Shown here piece by piece: positions 39,924 to 50,056 of a stretch of 51,437 bases of DNA. The notes under the pieces were generated by a model, which made no database searches, had not been told where the DNA came from, and saw only the letters and a list, made by a program, of their open reading frames with translations. The translations under genes and the position numbers were made by a program. The stretch comes from Bacteroidia bacterium (GTDB taxonomy: Bacteria; Bacteroidota; Bacteroidia; NS11-12g; UBA9320). Positions within the stretch are counted from its first letter, which is position 1. Every line of letters begins with the position of its first letter. Where the stretch lies: the NCBI GenBank assembly GCA_047620825.1, contig JBLHOC010000002.1, positions 1-51,437 on the forward strand, given 5' to 3'.

Positions 39924-40166
39924 ATGAAATGTTCGTCTAACAAAAAACCGTATCACAATGAAAGTACCGCTGAGCGGGCTTTAATTGAAGCAAGAATTAG
40001 GTTTGTTGGGAACACAGCCATTAACGTGTATCAATGCAGTGAATGTGATGATTGGCATTTAACATCTCAAGGCCAAATGAATAACACCCTGCAAGAAATG
40101 ATTCAGTCTGGTGACCTGGATAAAGAAATTAAGCAGTATGAATGGAGAGAAAAATATGGGAACTAG
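39924..40166 (+). CDS. Small hypothetical protein with a Cys-rich (zinc-ribbon-like) motif
   Basis: 80-aa ORF with C3 ... CSECDDWH. Confidence 0.5.
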   Translation: MKCSSNKKPYHNESTAERALIEARIRFVGNTAINVYQCSECDDWHLTSQGQMNNTLQEMIQSGDLDKEIKQYEWREKYGN

Positions 40167-40167
40167 T

Positions 40168-40899
40168 CTAAAACAGGACACCTAAACCTAATTTTAAACG
40201 GTTCAAATGAACTGTTCTTTTGATCAATGTTCCACGCCAATCGGAAAATTCTCGTTTCAAAGTTCCCCCTCTGTATCCAATATCTATAAATGTTCCTTTG
40301 CTCGAATCATATCGATTTGCAAAAACGTGGCGATAATTGAGTCCGAAAACCTTGCCTGGCTCATACCCTTGATTTATAGCACTTGACAATAGAAATGACG
40401 TACCCCAATGCATGACTATAAAATTATTGTCGGTGGAACTATCTGGGTATAACCCAACAGCGAGCTCCAACGGTAATAAGACAAGATCGTAACGCGGCAT
40501 AACATTAACGCCTGTAATGCCACCAACTGAAAAGAAGGAGTTCCCCAATTTTCTAGCAATTTCTATGTCAGTGCCTAATGGTGAAAGGCTAAACCCTATG
40601 GCTTTATACCAAGTTGGCATGTTGTAAAATGGCCGACGTATCTTTTTGTAAGTGGTGTAACCGTAATCACTTTGAGGCTTCTTTGGCGTATTAAAAGTGA
40701 TCTTATCAATATCCGCTTTTTTTAACGTCAAGTCACCAAGCATTGTTGAAGAAAAGTGAATTACAGAATCGTTCATTTCCGTTACATGGCCATAATAAAC
40801 ATCCCCATTCTTTAGTACAACATAGTCTGTGCTCACTTGCGCAGAAATCAAGCTAACGCCTATAAAAACAAAAAAAGTAGACAAAAAATATCGCAACAT
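40168..40899 (-). CDS. Hypothetical exported protein, possibly an outer-membrane beta-barrel
   Basis: 243 aa with signal MLRYFLSTFFVFIGVSLISAQ. Alternating hydrophobic pattern and C-terminal ...LGLGVLF. Confidence 0.6.
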   Translation of the reverse strand: MLRYFLSTFFVFIGVSLISAQVSTDYVVLKNGDVYYGHVTEMNDSVIHFSSTMLGDLTLKKADIDKITFNTPKKPQSDYGYTTYKKIRRPFYNMPTWYKAIGFSLSPLGTDIEIARKLGNSFFSVGGITGVNVMPRYDLVLLPLELAVGLYPDSSTDNNFIVMHWGTSFLLSSAINQGYEPGKVFGLNYRHVFANRYDSSKGTFIDIGYRGGTLKREFSDWRGTLIKRTVHLNRLKLGLGVLF

Positions 40900-41025
40900 A
40901 GGCTTGGAATATTGGTGATTGGTGAACCCGAAAGTAGTAAATGAATTTTAGAATAGTGTCAATTTTTCATTGACCTTGTTGTAAAAAGTATCTTTAACGT
41001 AACTTTATCGAACATATTTTCACAC

Positions 41026-42279
41026 ATGAATCCAAAACTATTCCGCATCACCACCCTAATCATTGCATTTTCATTGGTATTTTTTTCTTGTACCGACAAA
41101 TGTTCCGATACCATTAAAGTTGTAGAACGAACCACAATATTTACGTCACTCGTTGATATTCGAGCGTCGTTTGATGTGCAAGCTCCAAAAGAAATCAAGA
41201 AGCCGGGCAAATTGTATGTGTTTGGCGACGTACTTTTTGTGGTAGACGAGTATACCGGATTTCACGTAATCGATAATTCAAATAAATCTGCACCAGTACG
41301 CACTCAGTTTATTCAACTGGATGGCTGTACAGACTTGGTAGTTAAAGGCGCCTATATTTATGCTAACAGTGCCAACGACTTAGTTACCATTCAAATGCAA
41401 ACGGGGAGTTTTTTATTGGTAGACCGTAATATAAATGTTTTTAATTTATTTGAGACCAAGTCGGATTCTGTTGCTGCGAACTATATCGATCAGGAGAAAT
41501 GGGTGACGTCGGAAGAATACAATTGTGAGGGAGGTAGTTTCAGATTTGGGATACAAGATGATGATGTACTGAATGTGGTAGAGCAGGGAACTACAAGTGG
41601 AACAGGTGGTTCTACAGCGCGTATGACTGTCGTAAATAATTACATTTATGCCGTGGACAATCAGAATCTATTGGCCATCGATGTTTCAAATGGTGCGGAT
41701 CCGAAAAAAGCTTCGATAAAGGATATCAGCAGTTGGACAAATGCGACGATAGAAACCATATTTCCGATGGGAGACTATTTGTTTATTGGAACGACGACTG
41801 GTATGCAAATATTTAATCACAAAGCAAACCCGAATAGCCCGATACATGAAAGCACATCAGAGCATTTCCGTTCTTGTGATCCAGTTGTCGTTCAAAATGA
41901 CATAGCTTACGTCACTACCCACGGAGGCTCTGGTTGTGGTGGAGCTAGAAATGCACTATATGTTTATGATGTAAAGGACGTGAAGAATCCAAAGTTGTTG
42001 GCAGGATACGATATGACCTATCCATTGGGTCTTGGAATAGATGGGAATACACTGTTCGTATGTGAAGATGATTTCGGTCTAAAGGTTTATGATGTAACAA
42101 ACCCTGAAGAAATAACGAGTAATAAATTAAGTGAGATTACAGCCATTAGTCCTATGGATGTGATTCCACTTGATGACGTGTTAATCGTAACGGCTAAAGA
42201 CGGCGTTTATCAGTATGATTATTCTGACCCGAGTGCTTTGACTCTTTTAAGTAAAATTTACGATATTGTAAGAGACTAA
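41026..42279 (+). CDS. LVIVD-repeat beta-propeller lipoprotein
   Basis: 417 aa with lipoprotein signal LIIAFSLVFFSC/TD. Repeated units are GDVLFVVDEYTGFHVIDNSN, NYIYAVDNQNLLAIDVSN, GNTLFVCEDDFGLKVYDVTN and DDVLIVTAKDGVYQYD. Confidence 0.7.
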   Translation: MNPKLFRITTLIIAFSLVFFSCTDKCSDTIKVVERTTIFTSLVDIRASFDVQAPKEIKKPGKLYVFGDVLFVVDEYTGFHVIDNSNKSAPVRTQFIQLDGCTDLVVKGAYIYANSANDLVTIQMQTGSFLLVDRNINVFNLFETKSDSVAANYIDQEKWVTSEEYNCEGGSFRFGIQDDDVLNVVEQGTTSGTGGSTARMTVVNNYIYAVDNQNLLAIDVSNGADPKKASIKDISSWTNATIETIFPMGDYLFIGTTTGMQIFNHKANPNSPIHESTSEHFRSCDPVVVQNDIAYVTTHGGSGCGGARNALYVYDVKDVKNPKLLAGYDMTYPLGLGIDGNTLFVCEDDFGLKVYDVTNPEEITSNKLSEITAISPMDVIPLDDVLIVTAKDGVYQYDYSDPSALTLLSKIYDIVRD

Positions 42280-42926
42280 AGCTCTGCTAAAACGGTTTCA
42301 CCACCTCTAGTGATTTCATCCAGTTTTACGTTGATTTTTGTACCGATTGGCAGAAAAACATCAATTCGACTACCGAATTTGATGAAACCCATTTCGTTGC
42401 CTTGGGTAACAGAATCACCTTTATCTACGTAATAACATATACGACGCGCAACTGCTCCTGCAATTTGACGAAACAAGACTTCAGTGCCTGCGTCATTTTT
42501 GATCACCGTTGTTGTGCGTTCATTAAGCGTTGATGACTTTGGGTGCCAAGCCACTAGGTATTCGCCCGGATGATATTTGAAATAGCTTACAACGCCTGAA
42601 ATAGGATTGCGATTGACGTGGACATTCAGCGGAGACATAAATATGCTTAACTGAATGCGCTTACCTTCAAAATATTCTGGTTCTTCAACTTCTTCAATAA
42701 CCACAACCTTACCGTCTGCAGGTGCAATGACGTGGTGGTCATTTAAAACCGTGTTACGTGTTGGGTTGCGAAAGAATTGAAGGAAGAGTCCAAAAATTAC
42801 AATACCAGCAGTTAACGTTAAGTACTTCAACCAGCCAATGCCGGTGTATTTAAAAACAAGAAATACTATTACACTGACAATGATCAATGTGGTAATTAAT
42901 ATCGTATATCCTTCCTTATGAATCAT
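42276..42926 (-). CDS. psd: Phosphatidylserine decarboxylase proenzyme
   Basis: 216 aa with two N-terminal TM helices. Motifs are FMSPLNVHVNR and the self-cleavage region GFIKFGSRIDVFLP. Confidence 0.85.
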   Translation of the reverse strand: MIHKEGYTILITTLIIVSVIVFLVFKYTGIGWLKYLTLTAGIVIFGLFLQFFRNPTRNTVLNDHHVIAPADGKVVVIEEVEEPEYFEGKRIQLSIFMSPLNVHVNRNPISGVVSYFKYHPGEYLVAWHPKSSTLNERTTTVIKNDAGTEVLFRQIAGAVARRICYYVDKGDSVTQGNEMGFIKFGSRIDVFLPIGTKINVKLDEITRGGETVLAEL

Positions 42927-44206
42927 TAGTAAGTTCCTCTTAAACGCTTGGTGCTAGCCACCTTATCAATTGCCACAATGTAGGCTGCAATACGCAAGTC
43001 TACTTTGTATTTTTGCGATGCCGTGTAAACGGTTTCAAAGGCTTGTTTCATAATTCGATCAGCTCTTCTGTTAACACGTTCTTCAGTCCAAAAATAACCT
43101 AAACGGTTTTGTACCCATTCGAAATAGGAAACAGATACACCTCCTGCATTGGCAAGGATATCAGGTATAACCATGATACCTTTATCATTTAAAATTTTAT
43201 CAGCGCCCGAAGACGTTGGACCATTTGCACCTTCAACTATCAGCTTAGCACGAATTTTTGAAGCATTATCAGCAGTAATTTGATCCTCCAAAGCCGCAGG
43301 AATCAATACATCAACATCTAATTCTAACAACTCATCATTGGTGATCATTTCACCTTTTGTAAAGCCGTCTAGTGTGCCGTTATTTTGTTCAGTATATGCT
43401 ATGGCGTCCAAAATGTCAATGCCATCCGGATTATAATATGCTCCAGAAACATCGGAGATTGCTACAATTGTAACACCTTGTTCTTCTACCAGCTTAGCAC
43501 TGATCGACCCAACATTACCAAAGCCTTGAACAGCTGCAGTACAATTACTTGGGTTCATTTTGAGTTTACCCATAGCCGACCTTGCGGAAACCATAACACC
43601 TCTACCGGTTGCCTCTATACGACCATTCGATCCACCCAATACAATTGGTTTTCCCGTAACAACAGCTGGACTTGATACCCCTTTTAATTTGGAGTATTCA
43701 TCCATTATCCAAGCCATGGTTTGAGGATTGGTTCCAACGTCAGGTGCTGGAATATCTCTTTCTGGGCCAAATACATTACTCATAGAGTTGGTATAAGCTC
43801 GAGTTAGTCTTTCTAACTCACCCATACTCATAGTTCTTGGATCACATTTGATTCCACCCTTGGCTCCTCCATAAGGAATACCAACGACAGCACATTTCCA
43901 TGTCATCCAGGCGGCCAACGCTTTTACTTCGTCAAGGGTTACACCCATGGAATATCGGATACCACCCTTCGATGGACCTAAATTCGCTGAGTGAATCACT
44001 CTGTGACCTTCAAATATCTTGATTGTGCCATTATCCATTGTTACAGATAAATTAACTGTAACACTTTTTTCGGGAGACTTTAATGCATCGTAAGTCGAGT
44101 CGTCAAGTCCTAAGATTTTGGTGGCTTCGGAAAATCTTTCCATCATCGAATCTAATGGGTTAAGAAGATCCTTGATTGGGGCTGGTTCTCTGTATTTAGA
44201 ACTCAT
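42926..44206 (-). CDS. Glu/Leu/Phe/Val dehydrogenase family (glutamate dehydrogenase)
   Basis: About 426 aa from the ATG at 44206. It has the catalytic Lys box GPSKGGIRY, GGAKGG and the Rossmann motif VQGFGNVG. Confidence 0.9.
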   Translation of the reverse strand: MSSKYREPAPIKDLLNPLDSMMERFSEATKILGLDDSTYDALKSPEKSVTVNLSVTMDNGTIKIFEGHRVIHSANLGPSKGGIRYSMGVTLDEVKALAAWMTWKCAVVGIPYGGAKGGIKCDPRTMSMGELERLTRAYTNSMSNVFGPERDIPAPDVGTNPQTMAWIMDEYSKLKGVSSPAVVTGKPIVLGGSNGRIEATGRGVMVSARSAMGKLKMNPSNCTAAVQGFGNVGSISAKLVEEQGVTIVAISDVSGAYYNPDGIDILDAIAYTEQNNGTLDGFTKGEMITNDELLELDVDVLIPAALEDQITADNASKIRAKLIVEGANGPTSSGADKILNDKGIMVIPDILANAGGVSVSYFEWVQNRLGYFWTEERVNRRADRIMKQAFETVYTASQKYKVDLRIAAYIVAIDKVASTKRLRGTY

Positions 44207-44292
44207 GTATTTACTCAAAAATTTAGCGCAAAGCTATCTAATTAATTAACAGGGATACAACAGATAATTGCTTTTTTTTAAACGTTGACTTC

Positions 44293-45135
44293 TTATCCGA
44301 CCGTGAAATGACACAGATAGAAAAAACAGGCAGGTGAAGCCATAATTATGGAGTCCATTCTATCTAAAAAACCACCATGCCCACCTAAGGCAGTTCCAGA
44401 ATCTTTGATGCCCAACTGACGTTTTATTCTTGACTCAAATAAGTCGCCTAATGTTCCAATTATGGAACAGATTAGTGCTAAGGCTATGAAGTGAATCACA
44501 TCAAACAATGGAAAAAATTTATGTAGTAAAATGGCGAACGCAATTGAAAATACAATTCCACCAACAAAGCCCTCCACCGATTTTTTGGGAGACAACTTCG
44601 GTGCTAGCTTGGTCTTGCCAAATTTTCGTCCAACCAAATAGGCAAAGGTGTCATTTACCCAGATGAGTATAAAAACCAATACTATTTGCATCCCGTTATA
44701 GGGCAACAATTCTGTACTATCAGTTTTAAAACCTAAGTTTCCAATGCGCAGTAAAAACGCAAATGTGACGGATATATATAACCAACCCAAAACCATTTTA
44801 CCAGCATCTGATATGAAGTTTTCTGAAGGATACGCAATCAAGTAAATTAAAAAGAAAACGAGTAAGGGAATCAGATACCAAAGTAATGCGCTAAGATTTA
44901 TCACGGCGTCTTGGTTGACGTAGGTAAAGAAGAACAAAATGCTACCAATAATAAGTGGTAATACGATGGCCTTTGCCGACTTTGGTTTTATCGTAATCCT
45001 ATAAAACTCATACAAACAAAACACTTGAATTAACCATATGTAAATGCCAGCCGTTACCATATGAGTTAAAACCGCGAGAACCGTAACGAGCACATACGCT
45101 GATCCAACAAGAAGTCTGGAATTGAAGTTACGCAT
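44293..45135 (-). CDS. cdsA: Phosphatidate cytidylyltransferase (CDP-diglyceride synthase)
   Basis: CdsA signature SRIKRQLGIKDSGTALGGHGGFLDRMDS in a polytopic membrane protein. The ATG at 45135 is preferred and overlaps the upstream stop by 8 nt. Confidence 0.85.
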   Translation of the reverse strand: MRNFNSRLLVGSAYVLVTVLAVLTHMVTAGIYIWLIQVFCLYEFYRITIKPKSAKAIVLPLIIGSILFFFTYVNQDAVINLSALLWYLIPLLVFFLIYLIAYPSENFISDAGKMVLGWLYISVTFAFLLRIGNLGFKTDSTELLPYNGMQIVLVFILIWVNDTFAYLVGRKFGKTKLAPKLSPKKSVEGFVGGIVFSIAFAILLHKFFPLFDVIHFIALALICSIIGTLGDLFESRIKRQLGIKDSGTALGGHGGFLDRMDSIIMASPACFFYLCHFTVG

Positions 45136-46042
45136 AGTCGAAATTATTATCGTTTGTTTGTTTCCAGAAGACATAACCCAACACAGCTAAAGAGATTAGG
45201 CTCACTGCGAGCACAATGGATGAAAAGGTATAGTCTTCGTCAAAAAGTGACGCGGTATTTCCGTTTTTAATATACCAATCGCCCACAACAACTATGGCGT
45301 TATTTATGGCATGGACGATAATTGGAATCCAAAGTGATTTGGTTCTGTAATAGAGGTATCCTAAAAACACACCAAAAGCCAACATGGGTAGGAATTTGTA
45401 TGGTTGAAAATGTATGATGGTGAATAGTACTGCAGATAACAAGATGCCGACGTGCACATTGTTTGCCCATTTGGATAACACCCGCATTAAAATGCCTCGA
45501 AAAAATATTTCTTCACCGATACCGGCCAGTAAGCTCATTATAACCAAATTCATTATGAAATGGCTGCCTTGATTGTGTTTTAAAAACAAATCGTAGGTGT
45601 GGTTACTTTTGGCTTCCAAATCTGTAAACATGATCTCGAACTTTCCAGGGAAAGTCCACGAAGCGTTAAACCGAACCAAAGCATCTACCGTTGGGATCAA
45701 GGCCAACAATAGTCCAAAAGCGATGATTAAGTGTTTTATCTTCACGTTGGATTTTAATCCAGTAAAACTCAAAAAGTCCTGACGGAACGTTTTCGTACAG
45801 ATAAATCCAGCAATCACAAAAGAGAGGGCAATTATAAATTGGGCTAATTTTAATGCAAACGCCTTATGGATGGTCAGTTGATCTAGACTAATGTTTGTCA
45901 AATCTCCCATCTGTAACCCCATGCCTGTCTGAATCACAAAGAATGAGATACCAGTCATAGCAAACAAGGATAGAATAAGTATGCCTATGGCAAGAAAAAA
46001 ATGTGAGATTCCACTTACCCTAGATTGTAGTCTGTTTTGCAT
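45128..46042 (-). CDS. CPBP family intramembrane glutamic endopeptidase (CAAX protease-like)
   Basis: 304 aa, polytopic, with motifs GIGEEIFFRG, FTIIHF and HAINNA. Confidence 0.8.
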   Translation of the reverse strand: MQNRLQSRVSGISHFFLAIGILILSLFAMTGISFFVIQTGMGLQMGDLTNISLDQLTIHKAFALKLAQFIIALSFVIAGFICTKTFRQDFLSFTGLKSNVKIKHLIIAFGLLLALIPTVDALVRFNASWTFPGKFEIMFTDLEAKSNHTYDLFLKHNQGSHFIMNLVIMSLLAGIGEEIFFRGILMRVLSKWANNVHVGILLSAVLFTIIHFQPYKFLPMLAFGVFLGYLYYRTKSLWIPIIVHAINNAIVVVGDWYIKNGNTASLFDEDYTFSSIVLAVSLISLAVLGYVFWKQTNDNNFDYA

Positions 46043-46063
46043 TGATGAAGTATCTTTGCAAAG

Positions 46064-47053
46064 GTGATAAAAATCGGTGATATAAACCTTGGGGATTTCC
46101 CATTGCTATTGGCCCCAATGGAGGACGTCAGTGACCCGCCATTTCGTGCGGTTTGTAAGGAACAAGGGGTCGACATGATGTATACGGAATTTATTTCGTC
46201 GGAAGGGCTTATAAGAGATGCTGCTAAAAGCAGGCAAAAACTCGACATATTTGGGTATGAACGACCCATGGGTATTCAAATATTCGGGAGTGATATCGAC
46301 GTGATGAAGGAAGCAACTGAGATTGCAACGGAAGCGAACCCTGATTTAATTGATATAAACTATGGTTGTCCGGTAAAAGCGGTGGCTTGCAAAGGGGCAG
46401 GTGCAGCCTTACTACAAGACGTGCCAAAGATGGTTGCAATGACTGCCGAAATTGTAAAATCTACACACTTACCCGTTACAGTAAAAACAAGACTGGGTTG
46501 GGACAATAACACGAAGTATATCAAGGATGTTGCTGCTCGACTTCAAGATGTAGGTATACAAGCCTTAAGTATTCATGGACGAACCCGAGTACAAATGTAT
46601 AAGGGAGAAGCCGATTGGACTTTGATAGGGGAAATTGCGCAAGACCCAAAAATTCATATCCCAATTTTTGGAAATGGCGATGTTAATTCTCCTGAAAAGG
46701 CAAAGGAAATGCGTGATCGATATGGGGTGCAAGGGCTAATGATTGGTCGTGCAAGCATTGGGCATCCATGGATTTTTAGAGAAATAAAACACTATTTTAA
46801 AACTGGCGAATTGTTACTAGGGCCAACCATGACCGAGCGCATACAAACGTGTGAGCGACATTTTGATGAGAGTATAAAATGGAAAGGTGAGCGATTAGGC
46901 ATTTTTGAAATGCGTCGTCACTACGCCAATTATTTTAAAGGCATCCCAAATTTTAAACCAAATCGAATGCGATTGGTCACAGCTAGTTCACCTCAGGAAG
47001 TGCATGACATTTTAAACGAACTTAGGCATATGTATACCGAGGTGTTGGTTTAG
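46064..47053 (+). CDS. dusB: tRNA-dihydrouridine synthase
   Basis: 329 aa with LLLAPMEDVSDPPFR, INYGCP, TVKTRLGW, IHGRTR and GNGD. GTG start. A TATCTTTG (TAnnTTTG) box lies at 46051..46058. Confidence 0.9.
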   Translation: MIKIGDINLGDFPLLLAPMEDVSDPPFRAVCKEQGVDMMYTEFISSEGLIRDAAKSRQKLDIFGYERPMGIQIFGSDIDVMKEATEIATEANPDLIDINYGCPVKAVACKGAGAALLQDVPKMVAMTAEIVKSTHLPVTVKTRLGWDNNTKYIKDVAARLQDVGIQALSIHGRTRVQMYKGEADWTLIGEIAQDPKIHIPIFGNGDVNSPEKAKEMRDRYGVQGLMIGRASIGHPWIFREIKHYFKTGELLLGPTMTERIQTCERHFDESIKWKGERLGIFEMRRHYANYFKGIPNFKPNRMRLVTASSPQEVHDILNELRHMYTEVLV

Positions 47054-48906
47054 TGAATTACAATCTTTCTGGTAACTGCATTCATTTCATCTTTTATTAC
47101 AGCCAAGTACATTCCGGGTTTGATTTTACTTACGTCAATAGCATCACGTGAATTTTTTAGTTTATCAGACCATATTTTCTTTCCATTTAAGTCATAAATG
47201 GATATAGAACCGTTGTTAAAATCATGATTGATATAGAGCTTGTCTATTGTTGGATTAGGGTAAATTGAGGCATAGGTAACCTGCATTTCATCAACAGAAA
47301 TCATTTTGTCTATAGATACTGGAAATGTAAAAGTATCAGAACCACAATCGTTGTAAGCAATGAGTGTTACATCATAATCTCCGATGGCTGGATATTTAAA
47401 TAATGGATTTAAATCAGTTGAACTGGCTGAACCAACTCCAAACAACCATTTGTAGGTAACGCCACCAGACGAAAAATTGTAAAACTGCACTTTTTGTGCG
47501 GTTTGGTCCAACGTGAAAATCGCATTTGGAAAACAATTGTATTTTGCGATGACGCTTTTGCCATCATACGTTAACGGATTAAACTGCCACTCATACCGGC
47601 CTGGATCAAGGTCCATCCAACTTTTTAATGTTGACTGAAAATATTGGGCATTTGAATCTGCATAAAAATAGAATGGACCAACTCCGGTACCTACATTACC
47701 CGCAATGTGAGACAGCCATTTTAAACTATCATTCACAATAGGGCCCCAAAATCGAAAGACTTGGTCGTCTTTAAGTATATAAGGATTTCCATTAAGGAAA
47801 TTGATATTTACTGGTTTATAATCCGGACTGACAACATGCCCATAGAAGTATAGTTGCTTTGATTTGTCTAGAAACAGGTTTGCGTCATTCAGATATGCTG
47901 AACTTGAATCGACGAGTACTCCATTAACCCATTTTGTTAGATACATGATGTTTTGATCAAACTTATATTGACCAACTGAATAACCCATTGAATCGATTGT
48001 TTGAAGTACTAAATATAGGGTGTCAGCAATACTCACAGCGCACATAACGTCTGTATTTTTCGAACAAATTAGTGAATCTTTTAAATTGTTAATCTCGCCA
48101 TTATATCTAATCATACAGGAAGCCGAATCTGGAACAGGTTGGCCTTTAAAGCTTTTGATATAGTTAATTTCTACGTCAAATGATGAGAGCGTTTTACCGT
48201 AAAAGTATTCATACGCATTAGTTTTAATTTCTGATATTTTTAGGTCAGAACAAGCGATTTTAAAGCTTGCAGTGCGATTTGCAAATTTCGAACCGATTAG
48301 TTTTTTAGTTGTGCCTGGGATATAATTTGTAGAATCAGCACTATACATAATGACTGGAATAGTGTTATCAATGTGAACAGGATATAAGAAACTCAATTGA
48401 TTAGAATTATAATAACCAAGAAATAAGTGGTTTTGATACTCTCCAGTTTTATTGAGTTTGACTAAAAAGTAGCACAGGCCAATATTACCTTGCTCTGGTT
48501 GCTGTATCAGAGCCGAGTTGCCCTCACCAGTTATTGAAATTGTATCTGCTGCGCTCGATGATAAAACAATAAATATGTCTTCATCAGCCGAAACCCACAT
48601 CCTTTCAATCTGCTGAATACTATCTCCAGCAAATCGAATGTGCTTAACATAGTCGTGATTTTGCGCTTCCTGCCAAACCACATAAGCATCCTTTGTATTG
48701 TCAACATAAGTATTAAAATCTTGATGGTCAGGATAGAACTTATCGTCTTCCGACCAACTCGTCGCGATTAAATCTGTTTTGGTGTCGAGAGGAATAATAG
48801 CTGAATAACTGTTATAAGTCAAATACAAATCAGCCAACTGCATGTTTTGGGCGAACGAGACAATGGGAGCTACAAATAATAGCGTTAGCAGTGAACGTAG
48901 AATCAT
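47050..48906 (-). CDS. T9SS-secreted protein with a PKD-like domain and a C-terminal sorting domain
   Basis: 618 aa with signal MILRSLLTLLFVAPIVSFAQ. PKD-like FKYPAIGDYDVTLIAYNDCGSDTFTFPVSI. CTD SIYPNPTIDKLYIN...ISIYDLNGKKIW...PGMYLAVIKD...RKIVIH. Confidence 0.8.
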   Translation of the reverse strand: MILRSLLTLLFVAPIVSFAQNMQLADLYLTYNSYSAIIPLDTKTDLIATSWSEDDKFYPDHQDFNTYVDNTKDAYVVWQEAQNHDYVKHIRFAGDSIQQIERMWVSADEDIFIVLSSSAADTISITGEGNSALIQQPEQGNIGLCYFLVKLNKTGEYQNHLFLGYYNSNQLSFLYPVHIDNTIPVIMYSADSTNYIPGTTKKLIGSKFANRTASFKIACSDLKISEIKTNAYEYFYGKTLSSFDVEINYIKSFKGQPVPDSASCMIRYNGEINNLKDSLICSKNTDVMCAVSIADTLYLVLQTIDSMGYSVGQYKFDQNIMYLTKWVNGVLVDSSSAYLNDANLFLDKSKQLYFYGHVVSPDYKPVNINFLNGNPYILKDDQVFRFWGPIVNDSLKWLSHIAGNVGTGVGPFYFYADSNAQYFQSTLKSWMDLDPGRYEWQFNPLTYDGKSVIAKYNCFPNAIFTLDQTAQKVQFYNFSSGGVTYKWLFGVGSASSTDLNPLFKYPAIGDYDVTLIAYNDCGSDTFTFPVSIDKMISVDEMQVTYASIYPNPTIDKLYINHDFNNGSISIYDLNGKKIWSDKLKNSRDAIDVSKIKPGMYLAVIKDEMNAVTRKIVIH

Positions 48907-49023
48907 AGTTTGGTATTCATAATATCAAATATAAAGATTTTCTGAAAGCAGAAACCAGTGTTTCATCCATTGATATCAATGGAGTATTTCGAAATCTTGG
49001 TTATGATTTGCTTAACTTCGGGA

Positions 49024-50052
49024 ATGCCTTTCAACCAGATCATAATCATTCTATGCCTTTTATTATCTCAAATCACTATTTGTGAGGCACAGTCGTTTTA
49101 CAAGGACACTACGAATGTCGTAAGTTTAGTTTATACCTTACATGAAGGCTTTGATTATAGTACGCCAGCTTTGGTCAAGGAATCCGTTTATTTGGATTCA
49201 ATGGTTAAAGGAATCAGCTATTACAAATACCACAACAGTGGGTGGTATAGATTCCGGCATGAATTAAATCTTCGGGTAGAGAATAAACGGGTTTATCTTT
49301 CAGGTAGTTATCGTTATAGCCTTGATGAGTATCACTCGTTTGATACAAGTGTATTTCTGTCTAACTATTTGTTGTACGATTTTAACCTAGCTAAAGGGGA
49401 TACTTTTTGGTTTAAAGACCCATTTGGGTTTGGTATTGATAGATTCAACAATCAGGATCGATTCTTCTGTTCCGGAAATGATTCCTTTTACGTGGTGACA
49501 AAAGCAAACACGGCATTTGACACTATTACTGGAGACTCTTTTTATACACAAGAGTGTTACAGAAATGAATCAGGTAAAATGATTGCCAGTAGCCAGTTTG
49601 GCTCAAGTATTGGTTTTATGAGTCATATTAATTTGATTGAAGCGAATTTAATAAGGTATCTCTGTTTACACAATTCGCCACTCATTTGTTGCGTCAATTC
49701 TAATCTAATTTTTGAAAATGTATCAAAGAGTTATAACGGATATCTTACAAAATACTTCAAAGGTGATTTGTGTGATTCTAAGAACATAGCTACGGGATAC
49801 GAAATGTTCTTGAGCACTGGGGTTAAACCTAAAATGGCACAAGTACAACTTACACCTAATCCGGTTGTAGGCATATTGAACATAGTGTCCGAAACGATGT
49901 TTCAAATACGTGTTCTTAATAGCAATGGGGAAATGGTTAAAAACATGGAATGGAAAAAAGAAATTGATATGTCGGAATTTCCACCAGGGGTTTACACAAT
50001 TTTATTATCGAATCACAAACAGTGGTTAGCACGAAAAGTTGTAAAGATTTAA
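49024..50052 (+). CDS. Hypothetical T9SS-secreted protein (paralog of 34421..35386)
   Basis: The ATG at 49024 gives signal MPFNQIIIILCLLLSQITICEAQ. It shares RVYLSGSY, LLYDFNLAKGDTFWF and the CTD (LTPNPVVGILNI...RVLNSNGEMV...PGVYTILLSN...RKVVKI) with the 34.4 kb gene. Confidence 0.7.
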   Translation: MPFNQIIIILCLLLSQITICEAQSFYKDTTNVVSLVYTLHEGFDYSTPALVKESVYLDSMVKGISYYKYHNSGWYRFRHELNLRVENKRVYLSGSYRYSLDEYHSFDTSVFLSNYLLYDFNLAKGDTFWFKDPFGFGIDRFNNQDRFFCSGNDSFYVVTKANTAFDTITGDSFYTQECYRNESGKMIASSQFGSSIGFMSHINLIEANLIRYLCLHNSPLICCVNSNLIFENVSKSYNGYLTKYFKGDLCDSKNIATGYEMFLSTGVKPKMAQVQLTPNPVVGILNIVSETMFQIRVLNSNGEMVKNMEWKKEIDMSEFPPGVYTILLSNHKQWLARKVVKI

Positions 50053-50056
50053 ATCG

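Noticed and set aside
46051-46058. TATCTTTG as the dusB promoter -7 box
   Set aside because: It matches TAnnTTTG exactly but lies only 5 nt from the GTG start, and the nearest TTTG is only 11 nt upstream. It would imply a leaderless mRNA, which is too uncertain to list as a feature.
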